Of a stretch of 64,000 nucleotides of DNA, positions 13,398-25,490 are shown piece by piece (the stretch's first letter is position 1; each line of letters begins with the position of its first letter). Source of the DNA: Fimbriosthenelais zetlandica (taxonomy: Eukaryota); the NCBI GenBank assembly GCA_977030845.1, contig OZ365109.1, forward strand, positions 35,836,001 through 35,900,000, written 5' to 3'. Both the position numbers and the translations under genes were made by a program. The notes below the pieces were generated by a model. It did not search any database, was not told the origin of the DNA, and was given only the letters and a program-made list of their open reading frames with translations.

Positions 13398-15268
13398 TTA
13401 GGGTTGGGGTGGGTGTAGCAAAGGAAAGGATATTGCATAATATTCAAGGTAGGCATACTGCTGAAGCGCTATAGGCAATAGTCCGGCAGTAGCCATGCTC
13501 TCGATCACACATTTTAGTCGGGCACCACGACCACTCAGCACTAGCGTCTATGGGTGCAGTATTTGCAGTATTTCAAATGTTACTGAGCCGATTTCTCAGT
13601 TTCTACTGGGAATAGAAATATTATTTAAAAAGCATTATTTTCCTGGATATCCCCTCTCATTATGTACCCAGGAATAATATGGGTTCGCCTTATTTAATTT
13701 TTTATGTACCCTCCCTATCAGAGCTGTCGACGCTCTATACCAGTATGAGTCTGCTTACCTCTGCAGACTACTCACACTCCTAGGTTAATGGACGAAAGTC
13801 GGGATCCCATTTTATAGAAATTAAAAAATTAAAAATATTTTCTTTAGAGCGCGACCGTTACGTGCATGGAATATATTGGCACAAGAGACGGTGGATATAT
13901 ATTATATCTAATTATAATAAATAGTAGGAAATAATATTTCAAGCCCGTCTTGACATGAAATAAATAGTTTTCCATCTCTCTTCTGAAGTCACAGTGTAAA
14001 AATCGGCCTGTACACAATAAATATGGAACAACGAATTTAGATGTACATGTAATATATTTTATTTGTCTTATTCTATTACAACGCTGACCACTTTTTGTTT
14101 GCATGGAAGTTGATCATTTACTGGTGTACATTTTCAATTATACAATGCGTTACATTATCCTATGACAGAAAGTGAATGGAATAGTTCTATTTCTCCAATT
14201 AATATATAGAGAAATTATGTTAAGAGGAAGAGTTACAATGATTTAAATGGTTTCGACTCTTTATTAAATGAAGAGAAATTACAATTTTACTAAATAACAA
14301 TATAAAATGTAGCATAACTTAAGTTTGTAGACATAACAAGGAGAATATTCAGCGAGGACAAGTATTGAACCCGTTTACAGGGATTCTTGATTCTCTGTCA
14401 AATAATCTCTTAATCTAATGTTGAGCTAAATCTACTCACGATTTTATTTTATACGTCTCCATCTTTCACAGCTGTGGTGAAAAGCAATTTGTACACTTTA
14501 ATGTACCCAATGAATAAAAGTAATGTATTTTTTATCAAAAACCATATCAGCAAGGATGCATATCAGCAAAACAAAATCTTCACAATCTATGTGTCAAGAG
14601 CCTTTTCTGAGTGGTTATATACAATGTAATTATCTCAAGACATGATTTCTGGCATATTAAATTCTGGTTTTTAAAAGAAGCCAAGTTTATAAAATCAAAG
14701 TTCCCTGAATTAAAAAAAGGCGCCAATCAATGAACAGCCTGAGAAATTACATCCCTGATATCAAATAAATAAATCGAGTTAACGGTTTCTCACAGTCTCA
14801 ACCTCCATACTTAAATTGAACACTTTTGGAACCATTCTATAACCAACTGGGATGTATAATGTAAAGATTTTTAGAGGCCTATCCAAGAGAAGAATGACTA
14901 ATAGCATGATTTGAGGATATCCTATAAAATTGTAATAATGGGAGAAATGGTCTATTTTCCTTCTGTCTAGAGTAACTGGCCGTCAGGTTTTTATCACAAC
15001 AATACTGGACTAAAGATACACTCAGATAATACATAATATTATTTGTACTACCGACTCCTAACAAAATATGAATAGATATATCTTAAGTCTCCCATTTAAC
15101 AAACCCTCAACCAGATTTTCCCTAATGTTTTTAAAACTTTTTTTTAAATGAGTATTCAATCCTAAGCTCACAAGTTAGGCAAATAATATACAGCGTCACT
15201 TAGAATGGAATTACAGCAGGAAAAGTTGGTTCATTTAAATGTATTTAGCACCAATATTTTGTTCACAT

Positions 15269-17208
15269 TTAAAAAATCCTTTCACAGTGTTGGTCTGGCA
15301 ATGCTGCTGGTCGGGCTTGCTGTGGTGGGGGGTGGACAGCCCCTCTCCGTCGAGGTGGAGCCAAATACTCAAACATGGAAGTGGTGTGTTGGGACAACAT
15401 TCGAGAGAGATCCTGGGGCATGGGCGCCGTCCAGAAGAAATCATGATTGAGCGCTTCGTCGCTGTCGGTCCTCTGTTTAGGATCAAGCGACAGAAGTTTG
15501 TCTAATAAATCTAGGGCGTACTGATCGCGCACATAGACCTTCAATCGGTCTTTCACTTTGCGCTTTTGACCTTTGGGAAGTTCCATTTTTGTGAAGAGTT
15601 CCAGGTTGTCCACTCCTGGCCACACCTCTGGGGTGATGGAGCCACAAAGTTGGCTGATGAGTGTGAGTTGGTGTTGTTCTGTGCTGCCTTGCATGATAGG
15701 ACTTCGTGTCCACATTTCAGCCATAATGCAACCAGCCCCCCAGAGATCAATGGCAGGGCCATAGTTCCTCTCGCCCAGCAAGAGTTCAGGAGGTCGGTAC
15801 CAGAGTGTCACTACCCTGTTGGTGTAGCGATTTGGTGCTTGGTTCTTACTCATGCTGAAGGCTCTGGCCAGACCAAAATCGGCCAGTTTCAGCACGCCGT
15901 TTTTGGTGATGAGTATGTTTGCAGCTTTCATGTCGCGATGCAGGATTTTGTTGCGGTGGATGAAGTAGAGACCGTTTAGAAGTTGCTGCATGACGCTCTT
16001 GATTTCTCCTAAAGAAAACTTGACGTTTGCATTGCTGAGGAGACCGGCCAAATCATGCTCGCAGAATTCGAAGACCAGGTAGAATGTGCTCTTAAAACGG
16101 TTGTACGGGGTCGCTGGAATGAAACGGAAGGATGAAGTTCAGTATAAGTTGACAAAAATCTGGGAAAATACACAAACATTTATTTAAATATCTATTCAAA
16201 AATATATAATGATTATTATAGTATTAGTTAGAGTGTTTAGGAACCATCAACTATGGTATAGGATTATGTCCGAGAGGCTATCAATATTGTACTCACTCAA
16301 CTTTATTTAGCCTATTTTAGGGGGGCAAAAATGTGTGTGGCTAAATTCTAGGCAGCCACTGAGGTATTATCCCGTAAATATTTCATATTCCGTGAGGGTC
16401 CTGAGGTAAAGAAATTTAAAAAGTAAATCAATTCATAAGGGGAATAAATAATTATTAATCACCTTTTGTTCGGCATATCTCCAAGAGACTCACTACATTC
16501 TCGTGCTTGAGTAGCTGCAGAATCTTGATTTCCCTCAGTGCCGTTATCGGAAACTGAAAAAAAACCATTAAAAATTGATTAATTATGGTGATAATCAGTA
16601 AATCACTAGACTCTATAAAGAGTTCAATTTTTGTGATAATCATTTATGAATTTGAAAATAATTGGAATGGAAGAAGAAAAAAATACACTCACCCCTTCTT
16701 TCTCATTTTCCATAAGCACTTTTTTCAATGCAACCAGTCTTTTTGTTTTCTTATCTCTTGCCTTGAAAACTTCACTGAAATAGAAATTGCACAACCATAA
16801 GCAACGCGGGGAATCAGAGGAAAATGGATTCATGTCATTCGTGATTTGGTCTTTTTGGACATTTTTACCGGTACCGGTACCGGCATGTTATTATGTTTGA
16901 TTCATTTCAAGGGGCTGACATATTATTTCTTTAATATTCTCCATTTTAGACAAATCAATCTGGGGCCTACTCAGTGATTCATTCATTCATTCGTGGAAAA
17001 ACAAGACAGCCAGAGAGTGAGTCAGTGACTGACGGCTTGGCCTTGGGTTGGACCAAAACATACGCCGTTTAGATGCAAAATTCTTGTCTATTCTAGTCAA
17101 AACTTACCCAAAAGTTCCCTGACCAATTTTGCCCAACTTCTCGTACACCGCTGTGGCATCGCGACAATAAGGAAAGTCCAAATCTTCCACTTTACTAGCA
17201 CTACTCAT
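15269..17208 (-). CDS. CDK9: Cyclin-dependent kinase 9 (P-TEFb kinase), 372 aa
   Basis: Exons 17208-17108, 16774-16693, 16553-16463, 16113-15269 (1119 nt). Motifs KIGQGTFGEVFKA, VALKKV, PITALRE, HRDMKAAN, DFGLARAF, T-loop NRYTNRVVTLWYRPPELLLG, C-terminal ERIF. Confidence 0.98.
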
Positions 17209-17386
17209 TGTGATATTATCCAAAAGTCAACACGTTGTGAAAACCGGAAATATCCCCCTGCCCACGCATTGATGACGTAGAACACAGTCAGCTGAATTGA
17301 TGACGTAGTACGCTGACCTGGTTTGGAAAGGCCCCGTTAGTGAACGTTTTGCCGAAGAAAAGTGTACTTTTTGATAATATTCCATC
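17209..17386. promoter_or_regulatory. Bidirectional promoter shared by CDK9 and STEEP1
   Basis: 178 bp between divergent ATGs; ETS-like ACCGGAAAT and two direct copies of ATTGATGACGTAG (CRE/ATF-like). Confidence 0.8.
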
Positions 17387-19172
17387 ATGCCGAAGGTTGT
17401 GTCACGCAGTGTTGTATGTACTGATACAAAAGATCAAGAAGAATACCAAGGCGAGAAGCCATTATATGTCTATTACTGTATGTGTGGGCAGATGTCTTTG
17501 ATTCTGGGTATGTTTTAACCTATTATCGCTCATCCATGTTATTGTCTCGTTTTCAAGTCTACCAATGTTACCGTTTCAAAACCATTTATAAAGGGCTCAA
17601 TTCTCCAGTTTGGGCAGTATTTCCAACTCGTTCACCCCCATCCCTGAATTTTTGTTATATTGTTTATAAGACAATTAAATAGTAGAATAAGTACGGTAAA
17701 TATAAATTATAAAATTATTTTGCAGACTGCCCAATCGACAAACTTCCCATGCGCAGAAAAGATAATGCTCGGGTTATCGATTCAGCGAAACACGCACACA
17801 AATTAACATGTGAAGCAGATGAAACTGTACATATTCGCAGGTAAAATACCATAAAATATATTTATATAATAATCTAAATCATTGGCAATTTATTTTCCTT
17901 TATGGACCCAACTAACCCTGCAAATAATCTTTCAGAACTGAGGGAATAGAGAGGCAGTACAGACAAAAATGCAAAAGGTAAATATTTCAATATTTAGATC
18001 TTTTTCCACCGATCTTGTTGAAAAATAATGGTTAATGTGATAATGAATTTTAATCTGATAATCTGGTAAAAAAAAAAATAGAGATAACCACCATAATACA
18101 TACCGTAGATGTTGTAGCTACTTGTAAGAAATCTTAAGAAATTTTGGTCATAAATTTAATGCTTTGATATTTCATATTCTTCCCAGATGCAACCTCCTAT
18201 TGTATTACCGTCATCGGGATGACAACCAGATAACATTTATAGTGGACGGGGCTCTTAAACAGTCAGGGGATGCCCCATTGACAACAGAAAAATATGCTCT
18301 ACCCAAACCCAAAAAGGTAATTAATTATATATTTCTTAATTATAGATTCCAATGTTAAATCTATCTAATTTTAAAACTATTGATTTAACACTGAACTGGA
18401 TAAATGACACAAAGAACGCGCCTCTTCTCATTTGGTCCTTATTAACGACATATGTTAGTACGGTATGTACAGTATATTCAAGACTAGCACAAGGGAGAGT
18501 TACTCTTAAATAATGTGTTGAAAAACAAGTAGGCCTAATGCATGGACAGAACTCCTGTAACACATTGTTGTTTTATTTTCTCATCCAGGTCATGGTCACA
18601 AAACACACGAAAAACATGGGTAAATTTAGTTCAGTTACTGTTTCAACGGTGGATGAGGAGGAAGAAGAATTAGAAGCTGTAAGTTATTTTCGTATGTCTC
18701 TTATGAAATGTATTACATATAGTTTTAACATGGTAACCTTCAATTTTTTAATCTTTACATTTTAATAGAAACCTGCTAAATAAATCATATTTCTTTAAAA
18801 TTAATCTGAATATTTTGTTTGGTTTTCAGAAAGAAATTGCTGATTCATACGCTGCCAATGCTAAAGTCATCGAGAAACAATTGTTAAGGAAGGGAATCAA
18901 CAAAAGGAAAATGATAGAAATGGTATGTGTCATAATATACCGGTATGATAATAATATAATGTGAGGGCTGAAAATGCCTTCTCCATTAGAAGTATAAGGA
19001 AGTTGTTTTTACTTACATGTAAAGTATATTTTGGAATATAGATATCTTCTAATGTCTAATTCTTTCTTAGCCTGGACGATTGCTATAAATCTTTCCATGT
19101 TTTTTATAGGCCGAAGAAGAAGCTAAGAAGATGCGACCCAAAGGAACTCTTATTGATAATCTTCATAAATAG
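17387..19172 (+). CDS. STEEP1: STING ER exit protein 1 (CXorf56/UPF0428 family), 217 aa
   Basis: Exons 17387-17507, 17726-17840, 17936-17977, 18187-18316, 18589-18678, 18830-18922, 19110-19172. [87 protein letters not shown] match the family. Confidence 0.96.
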
Positions 19173-19409
19173 ATAAGCGTGCGGATTAAATAATACAAAT
19201 GGAATTGATCTTTTATGTACACGTGGATGAATAAAATTGAATTTATATGTACGGTAATCTATTTTTTATTTATGATTTGATAAGCAATACAATAAGTTTT
19301 AATATAAGCCAGATTTTAGGAAGAAATAGATAACACAAAGTTATTAGGGAAACCCTCATTCTAATAAGGCGCCAGCCCTGGCCAAAGTAGGAATAAAGCC
19401 AAAGGCCCT

Positions 19410-20960
19410 ATCGCGCAGAAAACGTTGCTTCCACTGTCTCGCCATTTACTGCTTTATAGACAGTGTAGGATTTTAGTTTTGGCTCATTTGGGTGCTTTCT
19501 AAGATCCACTACCGCCGTCAGAACATTCCAAGTGACGCCCCAACCTTGACGATTAGTTCCCAGTTCTGCCGGTGGTGGGGTAGTCGCATTGGGCCGGAAG
19601 TGAGCTAATCTTAGTTCCTTCGTTTGCCTTATGGTCGCGCGAGGGCGCCACCGGACGGTCAACTCGTTCCAACCATCGGCAAAACCCCTATTTTCGGTCA
19701 CAACAAACAAACTGCTTCCAGTCTCCCGCTGTTTACAGGTTTTCAGGGAGCATACTTTTGTTCTTTTACATGCGATGAATTCTTCATGTAAATTTACCGA
19801 TCGATTTCAATTTTAGTTCATGTGGGTGCTTTCATAAATCTACAATCATCGTCTGAAAATTCCTAGCGACACCCGCATTAACCGGCAGCCGGCTTTGGCG
19901 CTCAGCTGATGGTGGCGATAAGAAACAGTGCTGGCACATGGTGGTTTACCGCTGAAGTAAAGGCGCAGAGGAGGTTAGTTCACTCGCGACCAAAGCCCCT
20001 ATTATCGCTCACAACAACTCTGGCTTCGTTCTCTCAATGTTTACAGCCATAGCAGCTTTTTTCTTTTGGATGCGATAGATTCTTCATAGAAATGTACCTA
20101 TGCATTTCAATTTTGGTTGATTTGGGTGCTTTCATAGACAGGGTGACCACTCAAATTTCATTTTGAAATTCCCTGTGTTTTCCCTGTGTTTTCCCTGTGC
20201 CATTATCGATTTTCCCTGTGATACTTTCCGCGATAAAGTAATGATTTGTACTTTGTTTCAGAGTAACTTTTCATGTAATAACCTAAAAGATTTTCCCTGT
20301 GTTTTCCCTGTACCAGTTTTAAAAAATTCCCTGTGTTTTCCCTGTGTTTTGGCCATTTTACCAAATTCCCTGTGTTTTCCCTGCAGGGAATTTTTTTTTT
20401 TCATTTTCCCTGTTTTCCCTGTGGCGTGGACACCCTGTAGATGTACAAATGCTGTCTAAAAATTTCTAGCGACGCTTAGCATTGAGCGTTAGTTCCCTGT
20501 TTTACCGGTGGTGGGGTAGTCGCACGGGAGCAGAATATGACCTTATCTTAGTTCATTCGTTTGCTGTAGCCTATAGGTCTCGAGGTCGCCACTGGACAAT
20601 CACCTCGTTCCGACCATCCGGAAGTGGCCTTTAAATCTTCTATTATCGCTCATGACAATACACGTGCCGTTTACAGGTTTACAGCCAGATTAGCTTTGCT
20701 CTTTTGGATGAGATAATTTCTTCATAGAAATCTACCGAGGGATTTCGATTTGGGTTGATTTGGGTGCTTTCAGAGATCTACAAACGCTGTCTGAATATTC
20801 CGAGCGACGCTCCATTGACTTAGCATTGAGCGTTAGTTCTCCCTGTTGCCGGTGGTGGGGTATTTGTATTGGAGAGAAAGTGAGCTTAGTGCCTTCATTT
20901 GCCGCATAGGTCACGAGGACGCCATCGAACGGTGGTGGGGTAGTCGCACGGGGCAGAAAT
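19410..20960. repeat. Degenerate tandem array, ~300-335-bp unit, ~4.5 copies
   Basis: Marker GGGTGCTTTC at 19490, 19824, 20124, 20762 (spacing 334, 300, and 335 after removing the nested MITE); CCGGTGGTGGGGTA at 19569, 20505, 20849. Confidence 0.8.
20139..20437. mobile_element. 299-bp MITE nested in the array; TIR CAGGGTG(A/T)CCAC, 4-bp TSD TAGA
   Basis: TAGA|CAGGGTGACCAC...GTGGACACCCTG|TAGA; interior made of TTCCCTGTGTTT repeats. Removing it restores the array unit (TTCATAGATGTAC). Confidence 0.85.
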
Positions 20961-21059
20961 AGTCTATTGTCCATTTAAAAGAATAAGATTGACGGTACCG
21001 TATTTATATAATCATCCCTATTAAAACTTACATCAGGGATTGTTTAGATGTCCTACATT

Positions 21060-21610
21060 TTCTTAAATGGCATCCTTCCTCTCTCCCTACCCTCCTAGCT
21101 CCCTTTCTTCCTTCATACCTTCTTTTGCTTCATTCCTTTTCTCTTCCATCTTTCATTTCTTTTCCATTATTCTATCGTCATAATATTCCCCACATATCAG
21201 TCTATATCTCATGCTCTTCAATCTGACGAACGATTTCATTACTTTCCTTCCATCTCTTCTTGCATATATATTCCTACCTCCCTTTGATTTTGATTCCTCT
21301 TGTCCTTCCTTCTCTGCCTTTTCAGATCTATATCTCATGCTCTCCTATCTGACGAACGATTTCATTACTTTCATTCCTTCTCTGCCTTTTCCCTCTCTCC
21401 CTTAGCATTCCTTTCCCTCTCCCTACCCTCCTCCCTCCCTTTCTTCCTTCCTCCCTACCTTCATACCTTCTTCTGCTTCATTCATTTTCTCTTTCCTTTA
21501 CCATCTTTCATTTCCTTTCCATCTATCGTCATAATATTCTATTCTATCGTCATAATATTCCCCACATATCAGCTCATATCTCATGCTCTCCTATCTGACT
21601 CTCCCCCTTC
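21060..21610. repeat. Pyrimidine-rich low-complexity region with local duplications
   Basis: CT-rich tracts; repeated CTATATCTCATGCTCT(C)..TCTGACGAACGATTTCATTACTTTC and TATCGTCATAATATTC blocks. Confidence 0.75.
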
Positions 21611-21726
21611 ACCAGCCACGACAGACATTCTAATAATGGCATTCCTGGCACAGAAATGTCTTATTACACTAAAACACGAGGTGCATGCTCTTATCGCTAC
21701 CAGCCTAGACTGGGGTCATACAGCAC

Positions 21727-22018
21727 CTTAGCGGGCTACCATTAGAATACCAGGGTCGACGGGGTGCTGGAATTTTTTGTTGGAAAAATATAATTCGGGG
21801 GAATATGGGTGAAATAGGACTAAACAGATTGACGCAAGTATAGGTAGAAATAAATATTTTATCCTCATAGATGGGTGGTATAAATAATATGCCTGGTAGG
21901 GAATAAATATTTCGAGCCCCTCTTGCCATGAAATAGGCCTCCATGTCTATTTTGAAGTTTAAAAAATGACCAGACAAAAAATCCAGCCCCCGGTATGCTA
22001 ATGGTCCTCCCCTTTAAG
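21727..22018. mobile_element. Degenerate MITE with ACCATTAG(A/C)ATACC TIRs (possibly Kolobok-like, TTAA-type flank)
   Basis: 13/14 inverted match between the ends; interior shares AATATTTC(G/A)AGCCC(C/G)TCTTG(C/A)CATGAAATA with ~13930-13975. Confidence 0.5.
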
Positions 22019-23239
22019 GCCTTATGTTATTGTATATTGGATGTCGGGCGGGCTTATTGCCCAACCTGTCCGGGCATGAACCACCGGGAGGAAATCTCTA
22101 GGGGGGCCAATGGCTCCAGAGCTGGTTTCATTACAAACGCGTTGAATGTGGGCCTAGTCATCGCTGCAGGTCTCATGTTCCACCATCATTTTTCTGTATC
22201 TGGATATTATACCAAAGAGGTTCCCTCCTCCCCCTGCCTTTCTACTGATCCTCACAAACCCTGGTAAGTGAACGCATTTCCCTGACATTTCTCCCTTTTT
22301 GTCTCATTTGTTGTGAAGGCATGAATGGTGGTAGCTCTATGGGGGGTAACGTTTACATGTACACAGTTCAAGCTATGTGAAGGACTGGACTGAGCTTGAC
22401 TTGAGTCTTGAACGCTTACCCATGAATTGGTAAAGCCTACTGTTAACATCCATGCTATAATTTAATTCCATTAATTAAATAATTATATTATTAATTATTC
22501 AGTTTTTAAATAACCATCCGATTTTTAATCTGTTGGATTTTACTAGAACATAGTGCCATATGTTCTTAATATATTATTGAACATTTGGGTGGTCTGTACC
22601 ATAATGAAGCTAATGAACAAATGATTGCTTATTTGTATTTGTTCGCGGTATGTAATCAATTGAGCCATGGATCAATGACGCAGATGATTATATGCACTTA
22701 TGACTTACAAAGAGAAGGTCATGCAGTTACCTTTTCTGATTTTATTATTCCCATAGACCTATATTGATTCTAATTAGACATGAACGTCTATTGCATTTAA
22801 TACGATGTCACCCCTGATGGCGAACGTTAGTCCTGTTGTAGTGAAACAATTGAAATGCATTTTTATTTGCAGATACCTATTATTTTTTTTACATAATTAT
22901 TTCAAGCCATGTTTTCATACCATGAATTAAGAAGGTTATATGTTATATTTCTGTTACATTTTTATTTACGCAGCTCTATACATATACATATTAACACCTA
23001 TTTGAGAAGTAAACCTCCGGGTTTGTTGATTTTCCTGTATTCCTTCACGAAAGATTTAATCCTATTAAATTTAATTAAAGGACAATTACAGGGTAGGGAT
23101 ACATAGGTATGCACGTGAAATAACTGAATGATTACACCATTCGTCAATAAAAGTTTTTTCATCATATCTTTGGGGAAGGAGAAATCCGTGTTGAAAGTGT
23201 CAAACTATGCATAGTTCTGTATGTACAACGATTCCCGAT

Positions 23240-23295
23240 GATTCCCGCCATTTCTGATTATGCGCATGCGCACTGTAGGGCTGTGACGTACAGTG
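23240..23295. promoter_or_regulatory. Orphan promoter-like motif cluster (YY1-like, NRF1, CRE-like)
   Basis: CCGCCATTTC at ~23245, perfect TGCGCATGCGCA at 23261-23272, TGTGACGTAC at ~23282. Confidence 0.45.
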
Positions 23296-25369
23296 ACCCA
23301 AACCTTAGAGTAAAATGAAGCCCAAACAGAGCATGGGATTATGGGATAGCCGACATGTCAACAACTGACATTTTTACAAAGCTGTACGAAACTGGGTGTT
23401 TACCGCATTTGAAGATGAGGGGAAATCTGTGAGGGGCATCTAGAAAAAAGGAAGGGATTCAAAGGTGCCTCTAAAGTGAAACTCAGGTGTTGCCATTGCA
23501 GTGTTGTGGGAAAGGGTGCAGAAATAGGCTGGATGGTAGGCCTACTTAGGCTACTAGCCCGGTGTCGGAGCCCGCTTTTGAGGGACCAATGAGAGTGGTG
23601 TTTACCGGACAGCATTTGGGTCAACTGCACTGACCAGGGTTTTATATTTCTCCTCCCTCCCACTACTACTAAGGCCTGCAGCTGATCTTTGTTTGTGTGG
23701 CCTGGGTGGGTTATCCTACGTCACACATAGCCTAGGGGGATTTCCAGATATGGCGCTCTCCATCAGACGATGATTAAACTTGAATTAACTTGATATTTAT
23801 TTTCTTCATAATCCATACATTTTATGATAAAGGATTCAAGCTTTTATGTCGGTCAAACCCTAGATGATACTAGTCTTTTTTGCCCCTTTAAGGACGGAAA
23901 TTGTTCTATAGGTGCCACTGGTCCGTCACACTTCACTGATTTCTTCTTAATGGTCGTCGCCAAGAGGTGTGACTAATACCCTTACGGCCATTAAAATGAT
24001 ATTAATTCTTCTATTATATTATTTCAACAAGTGTTTAGATCCTTCATTACTGCCTGCGGTGAGCATATAAATTAAAACAAGAGCAACATTCAAAGTTTGA
24101 TTATGGACAAAAACAAATAACATATATGGTGATCGAAAATTCATTACCAGTACTTATGGCTCATTATGGAAGGATTGAGTGGATGTGCCCCACCCCCCCC
24201 CCCCTCCCCCGCCCCCAAATGAGAATAGGGGCGGGGGCATCTTAATTACGAAAGTGTCATTTTCCCATAATATCATTCTTTTGCCTGGATTTTTGTCATA
24301 GATATGCGGAGATGCACTAAAATGAACCGATTGCAAGCTACATAAGGTTCTTTGTGTTCGTGAGAAAATATGCCCAGTTCTTCAACATATTGTCCGTGAA
24401 GCTTGAGGAATCTTGCTCTTCCAGGCAAGGTGTGAAATTCAGAAAAGTGGGTAAAAGGGTAATGAATTTAAATGCATTCCACTACGGCAGTCCCCGAGAA
24501 CACCCCATGTGAAACAGAGCAAAATGTACATATGTATATATGCATATGCATGCATATAGGTGAGCAGAGAGTTAGTGGATTTTAAAATTAGTTTATAAAT
24601 GCATATTGGCCCGTTCCACTACAAAATTTGCCCTTCTATGTTACACTAGCCTATAATTCTATACTCAATCCCCAATACAATGGCGAATATAAAACAATCT
24701 TTGCTTTGAAAAGGACCCCATGTCCATAAACAAGTGTCTTATTACAGGGAGACTAGGCAGATGTGTAAAAGTTTGCACGGGATCGGAGCATCTTTGTAAT
24801 TTGATGTCCGGTTGGGAGAAGCCTTCTTAACCTGACCTGAGGCTTGCATGCTTATCCCTCTTAGTAGGCAGATTTTGGATGCAATTTCCTTCCCCACAGC
24901 TGCCCCTCTCTTCATCTCTTCCATTTGATTTTCATCACAAACTTTGTGGTCTCTTCCAGTCGCCAATTTTCTCAGAGGACATGCTCTGCCCACTAGTTTG
25001 TCAGACTCTGCGTGATTATGCCATGGAATTTCACGATTTTTAAATTGCATGTCGCAAGAAATCGGCGACATAATTACCCTGGTCTGCAACGACCATGCCG
25101 ATGTAATTGGAACTGCACCTCTGAGAATGGCTAGCACTCATCATTTCTGCTTTACATTTCTCTGCTATGAGCCATGATTATTGTTAATCTGCCTTGCAAT
25201 GCCATATAGATCTGCTTAATTGTAAGTGACGGGGAGGGGTGGGGGTGTTTACCTTTTCTAAAACCATCACTGCAACGCCCCCATGCAGTCGAAAAGAAAA
25301 GAAATTATTGAATGTTTATCAACCTCACCTCGATCGATCTCTGTTCAATATACTTTATATTTTTCTTCC

Positions 25370-25490
25370 TCTTCTCTTCTCATCTCTTCTCTCTCTCACT
25401 CCCCTCCCCTCTGGTTCTCTCTCCCCCTCTCTCTCCCTCCCTCTCCTCTTTCTCTCTCTCCCACCTCTCTCTCACTCTCTCTCAGTTTCT
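25370..25490. repeat. (CT)n-rich simple repeat
   Basis: Imperfect CT/CCCT tract. Confidence 0.85.

Noticed and set aside
15205-15979. Several overlapping + strand and alternative-frame ORFs (up to 137 aa)
   Set aside because: Shadows of the CDK9 last exon; no independent motifs or splice signals.
19408-20974. Minus-strand ORFs sharing RATTPPP-like peptides (19408-19710, 20732-20974)
   Set aside because: They are translations of the tandem-array unit and are not maintained in frame across copies.
21153-21731. Leu/Phe/Ser/Pro-rich ORFs (also 25239-25662)
   Set aside because: Products of CT-rich low-complexity DNA.
24742-25137. 131-aa minus-strand ORF
   Set aside because: No recognisable motif and no flanking splice-consistent exons; left unassigned.
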